Shown here in pieces: positions 31,960 to 41,451 of a stretch of 59,142 nucleotides of DNA. How positions within the stretch are numbered: the first letter of the stretch is position 1; every line of letters begins with the position of its first letter. The stretch lies in IMG/VR virus record IMGVR_UViG_3300028048_000084. One strand, 5' to 3'. The position numbers were made by a program, and so were the translations under genes. The notes under the pieces are model-generated. The model was given only the letters and a program-made list of their open reading frames with translations, ran no database searches and was not told where the DNA came from. Source of the stretch: an uncultured virus (IMG/VR IMGVR_UViG_3300028048_000084). Its lineage: Duplodnaviria; Heunggongvirae; Uroviricota; Caudoviricetes.

Positions 31960-32055
31960 AACGCCCTAGAATTGCCTGTATTACGTTTGTAACCACAAAT
32001 AGGTATAGTTATATAGGAAAGTCAAATTAAGTCACCATAAGCGAATATAGCACTA
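31960..32055. repeat. arm-core-arm palindromic site, copy 6
   Basis: core AGGTATAGTTATATAGG at 32001; arms ctagaattgcctgta / cataagcgaatatag. Confidence 0.7.
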
Positions 32056-32137
32056 TGTAAAATGTTTTATTAATACGCATACAAGAAAGAGGAAGGATTT
32101 TTCCTTCCTCGCTTTTTTATTTCTTGATTCGGCTTTT

Positions 32138-32665
32138 TTATTTCTTGATTCGTTTGAAATTTTTCAAACTGATATTGAATGAGTAATGATTTTCCGTACA
32201 AAGTTTAACGTACTTGCGCAAGTCATCAGAATTATAAATGTTACGGATAACAATTTCCTTTTTCGTTACATTCCAATCTGCCCTATCCTTGTCATTGTAA
32301 ACGATATAAAGGATATTACCTTTTTTCACAAAATCCTCAATAGTCTGTGCGCGTTTAACGCTATTCCACAAACCATTGTAAAAGTCGATAACAGGGATAG
32401 CGTCAGATTCGTGTGAAGTATAGAGAAAAGTTTTTTCATTATCCCCAAAATACTTATCACAAATATCTGCAAGATACTTACGCCACTCATACGGTTTTTT
32501 GACAGGATTTTCCTTGTCAAAATTATACCACTCACGCTCATAAATTTCACGTCTCGTAGTATAATCGAACATGGTACAATTACTAGAGCCATTACACCAC
32601 ATAAGCATAATAGAACCATCATCCAATTTCAACCCAACACGGTCATAAACAATTGTGTACGACAT
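32138..32665 (-). CDS. hypothetical protein
   Basis: MSY.IVYDR, GSSNCT, ER.W; GGAGG RBS. Confidence 0.75.
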   Translation of the reverse strand: MSYTIVYDRVGLKLDDGSIMLMWCNGSSNCTMFDYTTRREIYEREWYNFDKENPVKKPYEWRKYLADICDKYFGDNEKTFLYTSHESDAIPVIDFYNGLWNSVKRAQTIEDFVKKGNILYIVYNDKDRADWNVTKKEIVIRNIYNSDDLRKYVKLCTENHYSFNISLKNFKRIKK

Positions 32666-33011
32666 TTTAATCTACCTCCATTTATTGCTCATTTCCTTAT
32701 CTCTGTAAACAGTATATCACAGGTTCGTAACTTTGTCAATAAATTTTTTATTAAAACTCAATTTATATCTTCCTTTCTGCTATCTCTGTTTGTTTTCCTT
32801 TCGATGGTTATATAATACCATATTTATGAATGAATGTCAACAGTTTTTTTATAAAAAAATTTTTATCGTACTTGTGTAATAAAACATTTTACAAATCGGC
32901 ATTGTGCGTTTTATTGTAAAATGTTTTATACAGTCGTATCGTTATATGTGAATATATATTCACATATAAAAAAATAAAATAGGCGATAGGTTTCACCCTA
33001 CCGCCTTTCGT

Positions 33012-33386
33012 TCATGATTGTCTTATTTTTTCGTCTACACTTTGCATGAAGTAAATGGCATTAGGTTTTATTTCATCCTCATGACCATCAAGAACATCTA
33101 ATAGCAATTGTTGATAGTGTATAATCAGTAAGTCTGATTTACCGCTATAAATTGTCGCTTTATCAAATTCCCTTGTTACGTTATTTCCAAAGTGTTTTTT
33201 CAAAACGCTAAAGAAAAAACTCTCCATGCAAAGCTCTTTGCACGTCCTATCATTAAACGCTTTTGTACGCTCCCTCCTGTACATGTCTAAGTAACTTGCA
33301 TAGCCACAAACAATCAGTTTTCGTCCATTCGTTTTAATGAAGTCTAAGACCTTTGAACGAATATCGTGCTCATTATCCATAAGCAC
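33012..33386 (-). CDS. hypothetical protein, paralog of 33654..34013
   Basis: KV..F...NG.KLI...Y.SYLD..RR ... FDK.T ... DLLI. Confidence 0.8.
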   Translation of the reverse strand: MLMDNEHDIRSKVLDFIKTNGRKLIVCGYASYLDMYRRERTKAFNDRTCKELCMESFFFSVLKKHFGNNVTREFDKATIYSGKSDLLIIHYQQLLLDVLDGHEDEIKPNAIYFMQSVDEKIRQS

Positions 33387-33653
33387 ACCTCCTATGAAAT
33401 TTTAAGAGAACTTGCGGAACATCTATTATCTCTTTGCTCCTTACACATTATATATTAGCACATCTGCTACTCTTTGTCAACAACTTTTTTATACACGTAT
33501 TGTAGATAAAACATTTTACAAAAATTGTTTGTATGGAGATTGTAAAATGTTTTATTTCAATGCTTGTTTACGATAAAACATTTTACAAAATAGACACATA
33601 ATAAAAAGCTATGATAAATTATTTTATCATAGCTTTTATTAATATATATCTTT

Positions 33654-34013
33654 TTATTTCGTTTGAACGCTTTTATCTATTTTCTCTAGCAACTCTTGTG
33701 CAAGTTTATTTATTTCCTGCTCATGGTTTTTATAGTACTTATCATATAGATTGTTATATTGCATGATTAACAAATCATACTTTTTATTTGACAAGGTTTC
33801 TTTATCAAAAGTCTTTTGTACATCTTCGCCAAAAAGTGTTTTTAGCGTTTGCCAAAAATAGTTTTCCATTGTCATAGCAATAATGCTATCTTGACTAAAA
33901 TTGCCATTATTATTGATTCCTCTGCGTTTTACATCTAGGTAGCTAGTATAAGCACCTATAATTAGCTTTTTTCCGTTCTTATCAAGAAACGTCATTACTT
34001 TTTCTCTTACCAT
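33654..34013 (-). CDS. hypothetical protein, paralog of 33012..33386
   Basis: paralogy; GAGGTGA RBS. Confidence 0.8.
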   Translation of the reverse strand: MVREKVMTFLDKNGKKLIIGAYTSYLDVKRRGINNNGNFSQDSIIAMTMENYFWQTLKTLFGEDVQKTFDKETLSNKKYDLLIMQYNNLYDKYYKNHEQEINKLAQELLEKIDKSVQTK

Positions 34014-34260
34014 ACAAATCCACCTCTACTATTTATTGTATCATACTACATACACAAAGTCAATGAAAAGTTTTTTTGTAAAATGTTTTATTGGCTTGTA
34101 CTTGTGAAATAAAACATTGTACAATTTTTGTTTGGCATCTGTAAAATGTTTTATCTGATATGAATGAAAACTATTATCATTCGCATTAGACTTTAATATA
34201 ATTTTAATATACGTTCTTTTGAAAGCAAAAAAATTGTTCCTAAAAAATTTTCCAAAATCA

Positions 34261-34399
34261 AGGGGGAGGGGGGTCTAAAAAATGAGGGGGAGGGGGTTAA
34301 TTCATTTCTAATAAAAAGTCAATCAACCTAAAAAACACGTTTTTCAAAAATCAAAAACTTTTCATATTTTCAACCTTTGAATTTTAAGGGGTAGGGGGT
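34261..34399 (+). other. G-run cluster (potential G-quadruplex) at the boundary of the motif-rich region
   Basis: GGGGGAGGGGGG-tctaaaaaatga-GGGGGAGGGGG and GGGGTAGGGGG in very AT-rich DNA. Confidence 0.6.
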
Positions 34400-34404
34400 A
34401 AAAA

Positions 34405-35214
34405 TTATACAATTCTTTTAATCAATCTATTCTTTTGATTATATAAATATATTTTATTTAATCCGTTTCTAGTTAAACATTCTTTTACTTCATTCAATGA
34501 AACATTCTGCATGGTTTCAATAAAAGCGTTATTATTTAATATATGACCGAATGAACAAGCATTGATATTTATATCGTTTAATTCTTTTTCATTTAATCTA
34601 ACTAATTTTTTATCTGAACTAAAATCCATATGATTCTTTTTACACCAACGGATTAAACAATGTGTGTGTGATTCGTGTTTATCTGTTTTTAATAAGATGT
34701 TCTGATGAATATAAATCCATCCATTATCTCTTGTATTAAAATCTAATTGACTTGATATTTTTGTTATCATACCAACAGAATCATTATATTGATATAGTTT
34801 ATTTAATGGTTTTACTTCATAATTACCAAACCCACAATGTTTTTCTGTCGCTTGTGGATTGTTGTGTATATATTCCATAAGTTGTTTTAACCAAGCAGAA
34901 CAAGAATTATTGCATAGATAATCATTTTCAATATAATGTGCTATTAAAGAAAACGATATTTTCAAACCGTATTTTTTATTAAAATCTTCTTCTACCATTT
35001 TTGAGAGGGGGGAGGTATGAATGAGAGCAAAAAAATGTTTAAGTGAACAATTATTAAATTGACAATATGCTTTCGCATTAAAATCAAAATTATTTTTTAA
35101 TTTCAATCCATTTTTCAAAATATTATCAAAATTGTTTATATCGAAAAAAGTATGAAAATATTCTGCTACTTCCATACTATCAAACAATTGATTTATTTTC
35201 TTTTGTTTTTTCAT
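34405..35214 (-). CDS. hypothetical protein sharing a C-terminal domain with 53166 and 54710
   Basis: W/FxY...H...G.I.NN.A.IET...L.+.G..KIY...RLIK. Confidence 0.7.
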   Translation of the reverse strand: MKKQKKINQLFDSMEVAEYFHTFFDINNFDNILKNGLKLKNNFDFNAKAYCQFNNCSLKHFFALIHTSPLSKMVEEDFNKKYGLKISFSLIAHYIENDYLCNNSCSAWLKQLMEYIHNNPQATEKHCGFGNYEVKPLNKLYQYNDSVGMITKISSQLDFNTRDNGWIYIHQNILLKTDKHESHTHCLIRWCKKNHMDFSSDKKLVRLNEKELNDININACSFGHILNNNAFIETMQNVSLNEVKECLTRNGLNKIYLYNQKNRLIKRIV

Positions 35215-35636
35215 TCTACAAATTCCTCTGCATATCCATTATTAATGGTATAAACGATTCGTTTAATGCCTGTCTTGCGAATAAGTGCATAACAAGCATC
35301 ACACGGTCTGCAATTCTTTAGATATTTTCCTGTAGCATCTACGCGATAAATATATAATGTACAACCTGCTAAATCTTCATTAGCATTTACAATAGCAGAA
35401 ATTTCTGCATGAATATGATGTTGGAATTTTACATCATTATAATAGCTTAAATACCTATCATAGTATTTTTGAATTGGATGCGTTTTTTTATCATTTTTAC
35501 CAACAGAAACAATCCTATTTTTTTTAACAATAACCGCTCCTATATGAATAGTACGATGTTGCAAAGAAGTAGAGAATGTAGATGTCAAAGAAACTGCTTT
35601 AGCCAATTTCATATATTTGGAGTCTTTTTTGTTCAC
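35211..35636 (-). CDS. CMP/dCMP deaminase-like zinc-dependent deaminase
   Basis: HIGAVIVK, HAEISAI, RPCDAC. Confidence 0.85.
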   Translation of the reverse strand: MNKKDSKYMKLAKAVSLTSTFSTSLQHRTIHIGAVIVKKNRIVSVGKNDKKTHPIQKYYDRYLSYYNDVKFQHHIHAEISAIVNANEDLAGCTLYIYRVDATGKYLKNCRPCDACYALIRKTGIKRIVYTINNGYAEEFVE

Positions 35637-35755
35637 AATACCTTTCCTTTCATAATTTCATATATTATATTATACTATAAAAATACTAGTTTGTCAGCAC
35701 TTTTAAAAAAGAGTAAAGATAAAATTATCTTTACTCTTAGCATTATATTCTATTA

Positions 35756-36370
35756 TTATTGATTCTGTTCACTATCATGTTGTTGTTTATACCATAATGC
35801 TTTCCCGCGAAGTACATTACCACCAGTTGTTGGGTCATCGTAATCTGTAGTGTAACTTGGACTTTCATCTGTTCCAAGATATTCTAGGTCCCATCTTTCA
35901 ACTGTATACTGTGGGCCATAGCAGTCATCTTCTGAATAAGTATAAATACCATCAATACTATCAGCAGCTTCGCCGTGCGTCATTACATGGTTTTTGTCAA
36001 TTGTTAGCCAAAGTGCATCTGCAACTTTCCAAATGACTTGCGCCATCATTTCAATCTGGTCTGCGGTTGGTGCATAAGAACCTAAATCATTTGTTGTAGC
36101 ACCATAAGCACAACAAAGAGCAATACCAATAGCACCACTATTTCTACGCCATGTATGATTTAACACTTCTGAAAAATCATCTGTAGAAACATAAATAGAG
36201 CCATCGCCTGTGATGTTAATGTGATAATCATCAAAACAAGTATCGTATCTCCCGGCTGTCCAATGGAGATAGACCTTTGGTTCTCTGCCATAACGACCTG
36301 CAATATCCCAAATTGCTTCTCTAGCATCACTAGCTAACTGATAAACTTCATCTAAAGAAACTTGTCTCAT
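35756..36370 (-). CDS. N-acetylmuramoyl-L-alanine amidase (putative endolysin)
   Basis: YLHWTAG, YHINI, HTWRRNSGAIGI, VMTHGEAA (Amidase_2 zinc ligands). Confidence 0.85.
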   Translation of the reverse strand: MRQVSLDEVYQLASDAREAIWDIAGRYGREPKVYLHWTAGRYDTCFDDYHINITGDGSIYVSTDDFSEVLNHTWRRNSGAIGIALCCAYGATTNDLGSYAPTADQIEMMAQVIWKVADALWLTIDKNHVMTHGEAADSIDGIYTYSEDDCYGPQYTVERWDLEYLGTDESPSYTTDYDDPTTGGNVLRGKALWYKQQHDSEQNQ

Positions 36371-36489
36371 ATTTAAACCTCCATTCCTCATAAAAAGGAA
36401 TAAACACTTAAATTATCTTCTAATGATTATATACAAATATAATCCATCAAAATCACGTTTTTCAATCTGTATCATATCTTCACTTAATA

Positions 36490-37746
36490 TTAAAGTGATA
36501 CAATTATTTTAAAAGATAATTGAGTATCTGCATCATTATAAATGGTAATAGAATTTTTACTATTATAAGCTAATGTAGCAATTCCTTCTGAATTAATATA
36601 TTTATTAACCGTTCTCGAACCGGATACATTATCTAATACAAGAACTTTTATTTGCATAGAATACAAATCCATTGAACTATCATAATTAATTGTTGCACTA
36701 CCGCCACTAGCAATGGTTTTATCTTGTACGTTTGCTCGTATTTTTGTTTGTATTCTTTGAATTGCATTTGCATTATTTGTTATATTTGTTTTGTTTGTAT
36801 TAGCTTGATTTTGTACTGTTGTGACGTTATTATTAATTGTAGTTATATCATTTTCTGTATCAGTTACACGATTTGTTACATCAGTAAGATTTCTTTCAAT
36901 CGTATTCGTAACATATGACTGTAGATTAACTACTTTATTATAAGCATTACTAGAAAGATTTTGAATACTAGGTATTGTGGCATTTTTCAATTTATCTACA
37001 TCTGATTTTACATTTATTATCTGTGTTTGAACGCTAACTGTTCCACCACTACCTGACGAACCATTAATTTGTGTATTTAATCCATTGAATTTATTTTCCA
37101 AGTTGTTTAAACGTGTATCTTGTGCATTATTTTTATTATTAATAGTTGTTATTTGACCTGATAAAGTAGAATTTAAATTATTAAATTGTGATGATAAATT
37201 GTTGATAGAGGTTGTATTGGCATTTACTTTAGCATTAGCAGTTGAAATGTTTCCTTCATCTGTTGTTAAACGGTTCTTTAAATCATTGATTTCTTTTGCA
37301 TATCCACTAGAAGAACCACCTGAACCGCCACCTGTATATAAACCACCTGTAGTTGCATTATCTATTTGTTTAACTATAGTAGTTAAATTCGTAATATTAC
37401 TTTGTGTATTGTTAATAACCTTTGTATTATTAGTAACTGTATTTGTTAAATTGGTTAAATTCGTTTTGTTACTATTTGCTACTTGCGTTACTTTATCAAT
37501 GTCTTGACGTAATTTATTCGCATCTGCTTTCGTCAAAACAGGTGTAGCATTTTGTATATTCTGAATTTGTCCTTTAACCAAAGTAATTTCCGAACCGTTG
37601 TTATTAATTAATCCACGTAATGTTTTTATATCTTTTGCATTTTGTTCAGACAAACTTTTGTTATTATCAATTTGTTCATCATACAAATCAACGTCATTGT
37701 TTGAATCCAAAATAATATTAACATTTTTACTTTGTAATGTAGCCAA
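36490..37746 (-). CDS. N/T-rich coiled-coil fibre-like virion protein
   Basis: long heptad repeats rich in N/T/I with Gly-Ser linkers. Confidence 0.6.
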   Translation of the reverse strand: MATLQSKNVNIILDSNNDVDLYDEQIDNNKSLSEQNAKDIKTLRGLINNNGSEITLVKGQIQNIQNATPVLTKADANKLRQDIDKVTQVANSNKTNLTNLTNTVTNNTKVINNTQSNITNLTTIVKQIDNATTGGLYTGGGSGGSSSGYAKEINDLKNRLTTDEGNISTANAKVNANTTSINNLSSQFNNLNSTLSGQITTINNKNNAQDTRLNNLENKFNGLNTQINGSSGSGGTVSVQTQIINVKSDVDKLKNATIPSIQNLSSNAYNKVVNLQSYVTNTIERNLTDVTNRVTDTENDITTINNNVTTVQNQANTNKTNITNNANAIQRIQTKIRANVQDKTIASGGSATINYDSSMDLYSMQIKVLVLDNVSGSRTVNKYINSEGIATLAYNSKNSITIYNDADTQLSFKIIVSL

Positions 37747-37749
37747 TTT

Positions 37750-38235
37750 TTATTTCACTTCCTCTATCTTACGATTTAGTTCTTTTATTTCATCATAAAT
37801 TTTATCTATATTCAAAAGAACATCAGAAACCCTAATGTTGTTATTATTTACATTTTCTTCATTCGTAGCCAATCGTTCATTGGTTATTTGAATACCATTG
37901 TTTTTCATATCTTGTACTAATTGTTCCATAGTACCTGTTTGTTGTAGTAGATTATCTAATTTATTTTTAACGTCCTTATTTTTAATGCGTTGACTGCCAA
38001 TAAAATCATCTATTGATATTTTTAAATCTTTAAATTTTAAATCTTGAATACTGTTTTTCATAAAGTATTCTTGTATATAATCTATTGAATTTTTAATGTG
38101 TTCTATATCTGTATTTGTTTGTTCAACAATAGCTTTTGTTTCACTTACTTGTTGTTGTAAATTTTCAATAATCGTTTTTTGATTATCTATCTGCTCTTGC
38201 ATTTGATTAAATTTTTCTTCCACAATATCTAACAT
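37750..38235 (-). CDS. coiled-coil protein
   Basis: heptad pattern; adjacent to 36490. Confidence 0.65.
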   Translation of the reverse strand: MLDIVEEKFNQMQEQIDNQKTIIENLQQQVSETKAIVEQTNTDIEHIKNSIDYIQEYFMKNSIQDLKFKDLKISIDDFIGSQRIKNKDVKNKLDNLLQQTGTMEQLVQDMKNNGIQITNERLATNEENVNNNNIRVSDVLLNIDKIYDEIKELNRKIEEVK

Positions 38236-38350
38236 AACAATTTCACCACCATATTTTCATTCTAAATAATAAATAATAAATCGGTTTAAAAACATATTCA
38301 CTTTCAGACATAAAAAAATCCCCTGCAATCGCAGGGGAGGGGGTTAGAAT

Positions 38351-39217
38351 TTAACCTTCAATATCACCTTTTTCGTTATCCATAACGCCTGTATATACCA
38401 TGTAGAACTCGGTATTCTTATCCGCGAAATCCACAGTCTTAAAATCGTTCTCGTCAATAGCATACTGCTTAATATCATTCATATAGTTATCCAAATCAGA
38501 TTCCTTAATATCATTAAGAACGTGCTTACCATTAGCATACAGGTTCATTTTACCGTAATTCTCATCCTCTTTAAAGAAAACCTTAGTCATAAATGGCGTT
38601 TTCTTTGGGATGGCAAGATAACTATTACGGTTAGCAGGAGTATCGGTAAGTCGATAAAGCATCTGACCATATGGAAAGTTACGAAGTTCAATCTCACCGT
38701 TTTCCTTGCGAATAGGAATATACATCTTATGAACACAGTTAATGTATTCATCGAATTTCAAGCACTCAAACTCCGTATCACCGTTCTTAACTTTCAGTTG
38801 AACAAACTCTGACATCTGAAAATTCTCATTAGCGATAGAAATCGTTTTGTGACCTGTAAGTTTCTGCAAAGTAAGTTCCTTTGCAATTTCCTTCTTAATT
38901 GCGGAATTAGAGAGCTTCTTCTCCAATTCATTGTATTTGCATACAGGCACAAACTCATTACCATCTTCATTAAGCTGATATACCATCTTGCCCTTCTTAG
39001 GAATGTTTACACAATACATATCCGTTTTACGAGCAAACAAGAAACGCTCTACATGACCCTCTTCTGGGTTATCCGTAAACATGCGACTGAATACACAGGC
39101 ACGCAGAACAGTTTTGGTTGTAATCTTCTCATTTGCACCAAAAATAATTTTATCCACATTCTGAAATGCAGGAACATCCATTCTAGCCAAACGATAAATC
39201 TGATTTTCTTTTTCCAT
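38351..39217 (-). CDS. hypothetical protein
   Basis: 288-aa ORF with promoter, AGGAG RBS and terminator. Confidence 0.75.
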   Translation of the reverse strand: MEKENQIYRLARMDVPAFQNVDKIIFGANEKITTKTVLRACVFSRMFTDNPEEGHVERFLFARKTDMYCVNIPKKGKMVYQLNEDGNEFVPVCKYNELEKKLSNSAIKKEIAKELTLQKLTGHKTISIANENFQMSEFVQLKVKNGDTEFECLKFDEYINCVHKMYIPIRKENGEIELRNFPYGQMLYRLTDTPANRNSYLAIPKKTPFMTKVFFKEDENYGKMNLYANGKHVLNDIKESDLDNYMNDIKQYAIDENDFKTVDFADKNTEFYMVYTGVMDNEKGDIEG

Positions 39218-39422
39218 TTGTTATCTCTCCTTTTGAAAACTTTGTTTTCCTTATGACTATATATTACCATATCTTTTTAAACTTGTCAACACTTTTTGAT
39301 TTTTTTATTAACTTGTTTGAATAATCATTTACTATATATATTATAACAAAATTGAGATAACTTGTCAACACATTTTTTAAAAACAAAAAAGCACCTAATT
39401 AATTTAGGTGCTCTGTTATTTT

Positions 39423-39713
39423 TTAATAATAAAGTTTTCGTGTTTCAATCTTTTCCATATTTGAATAATCATCATCATAACCTAGATTATCCATAAAAAA
39501 TTCATCTACAAGTACTTTAGAAGAAAATTCATCCACAAAGCACTCTCCGTTTGAATTATCCATAGCGAGGTAATTTCCATCATTCTTCTTTGCTACATAG
39601 CACTCTCTAGGTATAGAATCTTTATCCATGAAATATTTTTGTTCCAACTCATTAAATTCTTTTTCAGAAATCATTTCATATTCCATACCATTGGGAATTG
39701 CATAATTCATCAT
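39423..39713 (-). CDS. hypothetical protein
   Basis: YLAMDNSNGECFVDEF motif. Confidence 0.7.
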   Translation of the reverse strand: MMNYAIPNGMEYEMISEKEFNELEQKYFMDKDSIPRECYVAKKNDGNYLAMDNSNGECFVDEFSSKVLVDEFFMDNLGYDDDYSNMEKIETRKLYY

Positions 39714-39732
39714 AATTTAGTCTTTTCTCCCT

Positions 39733-40110
39733 TTAATTATTTTCTTCATCGTTATTTGATTGAAGGTTTTCAACAACATCACTTTTTAAATTAAGAATAT
39801 AGTTTTGAATATCTTCTTTCAACTCATTTTGTTCATCTGTTGAAAGATTATTATATTTATCCTTAAATTCAAAATCTTCTTTTGCTTTCACAATTAAATC
39901 ATCTACAATAGATGTATAAAAATTGTCAAACCATGCATCAACAGATGAAAATTGTAAATCATCCATTTGTTGATTATCATTAGAAGCATCATTCCAAGCA
40001 GAATACAAATCATTTAATTCATTTGAAATTTCTTCTACTGAAACATCATTTTTGAATAGAGAAAAAACATTATCAGAATTTTCTGTAGCCTTAACCAATC
40101 TTTTTTTCAT
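39733..40110 (-). CDS. acidic protein with N-terminal KRLVKA tag
   Basis: MKKRLVKA followed by a D/E/N-rich body. Confidence 0.75.
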   Translation of the reverse strand: MKKRLVKATENSDNVFSLFKNDVSVEEISNELNDLYSAWNDASNDNQQMDDLQFSSVDAWFDNFYTSIVDDLIVKAKEDFEFKDKYNNLSTDEQNELKEDIQNYILNLKSDVVENLQSNNDEENN

Positions 40111-40125
40111 ACAAATGTTCCTTTT

Positions 40126-40362
40126 TTAAAGTATAAACAATGCACCGAAAAGAAATATAAAAAACAGACCAAGCATTAAATTAGCACATGCACCAACGAT
40201 TTTAATAAGCCCATTTAATTCTTCTTTTGTTGCTTCACAGAATTTATGGTTTATATCTAATACAGCATTTGTATGGTTCAATATACTATCAATGTTGCTA
40301 AATGTGCGATTATTCAACGGCATTACATCTTCGGGAATAGCACAATTTTTATTCTCATTCAT
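40126..40362 (-). CDS. small membrane protein
   Basis: C-terminal hydrophobic helix. Confidence 0.6.
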   Translation of the reverse strand: MNENKNCAIPEDVMPLNNRTFSNIDSILNHTNAVLDINHKFCEATKEELNGLIKIVGACANLMLGLFFIFLFGALFIL

Positions 40363-40565
40363 TTTTATTCACCACACCAAAATGTTTTATATAGACCAAA
40401 ATGTTTTATATAAGTAACGCACCTTATGTCTAACAAGGATTTTGCGTTACTTTTGTATAAAAAACTTTTCTCAACTATATAATATTTTGGTATATATCAA
40501 ATATCTAAGTCTTACATACAAACCAAATCAAGATATTATGTCAAATTAAACTAAAAAAAATAAAT

Positions 40566-41093
40566 TTAGCACCACAAATCTCTAAAGTATTTTGTGAACA
40601 AATCCAATCCATTTTTTATCTTTTCGTTTTCTTCTTCAGTAATATCTATAGAATCTTTATCATGAATTAAATAAAACGCTTCAGCCATTTTATCTATTAA
40701 ATCGCACCATTCTTTAAACGCTTTGTCATCATCATCATTATTATATTTCTTTGCTATGTCATTTGGAATACCTTGTACTTTACTTCTAAATTTAATGAGC
40801 ATATTAGCAATCATTAAAGATAATGTGTTATCCAAATCCCATACAATATCACTAATAGAACGAATCTTTAAAGAATCCTGTTTATCGTTCATTAAAAATT
40901 TAATACAGGATTTGAGTTTATTCTTTTCTCGTTTGTTATCTTCTTTACAATTTTTTAAACGAGAACGTAAAATTTCATTTTTTAATTTTTCTTGCAAATA
41001 CTTGTAATGCCATTCATTATAAGTCGATGTAGCAATACTGTCTTTACAATACGAATACAATTCTTGATGATATTTATTGATATTATTTTTCAT
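40566..41093 (-). CDS. hypothetical protein
   Basis: WDLD.TL, W..LIDKM..AF, GLDLF.KYF..LW. Confidence 0.75.
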   Translation of the reverse strand: MKNNINKYHQELYSYCKDSIATSTYNEWHYKYLQEKLKNEILRSRLKNCKEDNKREKNKLKSCIKFLMNDKQDSLKIRSISDIVWDLDNTLSLMIANMLIKFRSKVQGIPNDIAKKYNNDDDDKAFKEWCDLIDKMAEAFYLIHDKDSIDITEEENEKIKNGLDLFTKYFRDLWC

Positions 41094-41141
41094 AAAAAAC
41101 CCTTTTTGTTTTTATTATACCATACAAAATATATTTTGTCA

Positions 41142-41451
41142 TTGACATCCTCTCCCAACTAAAGAGGTGGGGGATTCCTACTTCTTTGACCGTAGCGTAT
41201 GCGGTGAAACCGCATGAGGTATGGCGTAGCCATACATTTTTACGTCTTACACAATCTCCATAGGCTTAGTTTTATACTGATTCCGTAAGCCCTACGGTAC
41301 AGTTTTTATATGGTTTAGGCTACCGAAAGTAGCCTTTTACCTTCTTTGATTTAATCGTATCACTATTTGTGAAAATAGTCAAGAGTTAATATTGGTCATC
41401 CCCCACTTTCGTTACTCGGTAGCCTATTAGAAGTGGGGGTATTCTCTTACG
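41142..41451 (-). mobile_element. IS200/IS605 miniature element (same family as 18710): left end, promoter and omegaRNA-like right end, tnpB deleted
   Basis: near-identical to 18710..19058; inserted after TTTAT; removing it restores TTGACA-N17-TATAAT upstream of 40566..41093. Confidence 0.8.

Larger units (their letters stand above)
840..34070. promoter_or_regulatory. Dense set of near-consensus sigma70 promoters (TTGACA-N17-TA(T/C)AAT/TATACT), often stacked in tandem
   Basis: e.g. TTGACA at ~849, 947, 1666, 2273, 2448, 3182, 3767, 3928, 4414, 4522 on +; dozens of TGTCAA...ATTATA on - upstream of nearly every small ORF. Confidence 0.9.
723..34154. repeat. Dispersed 15-bp motif TGTAAAATGTTTTAT / ATAAAACATTTTACA, ~50 exact copies, almost all intergenic
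   Basis: Example pairs: 723/765, 1579/1615, 4318/4354, 4972/5006, 8619/8654, 10444/10482, 11248/11284, 13378/13414, 14478/14516, 16993/17026, 27498/27534, 30696/30729, 32879/32915, 33506/33541/33573; many singles; no exact copy seen after 34154. Confidence 0.97.
1534..34328. repeat. 12-bp motif (G/A)GTTGATTGACT, 7 copies
   Basis: 1534, 3093, 3634, 4958, 21997 on +; 25602 and 34317 on -. Confidence 0.85.

Noticed and set aside
723..34154. 15-bp motif series as a CRISPR array
   Set aside because: Repeats are too short, occur in both orientations, are separated by whole genes, and no cas genes are present
34162..34182. Fur box
   Set aside because: Two mismatches to the 7-1-7 consensus in AT-rich DNA and no iron-related gene adjacent
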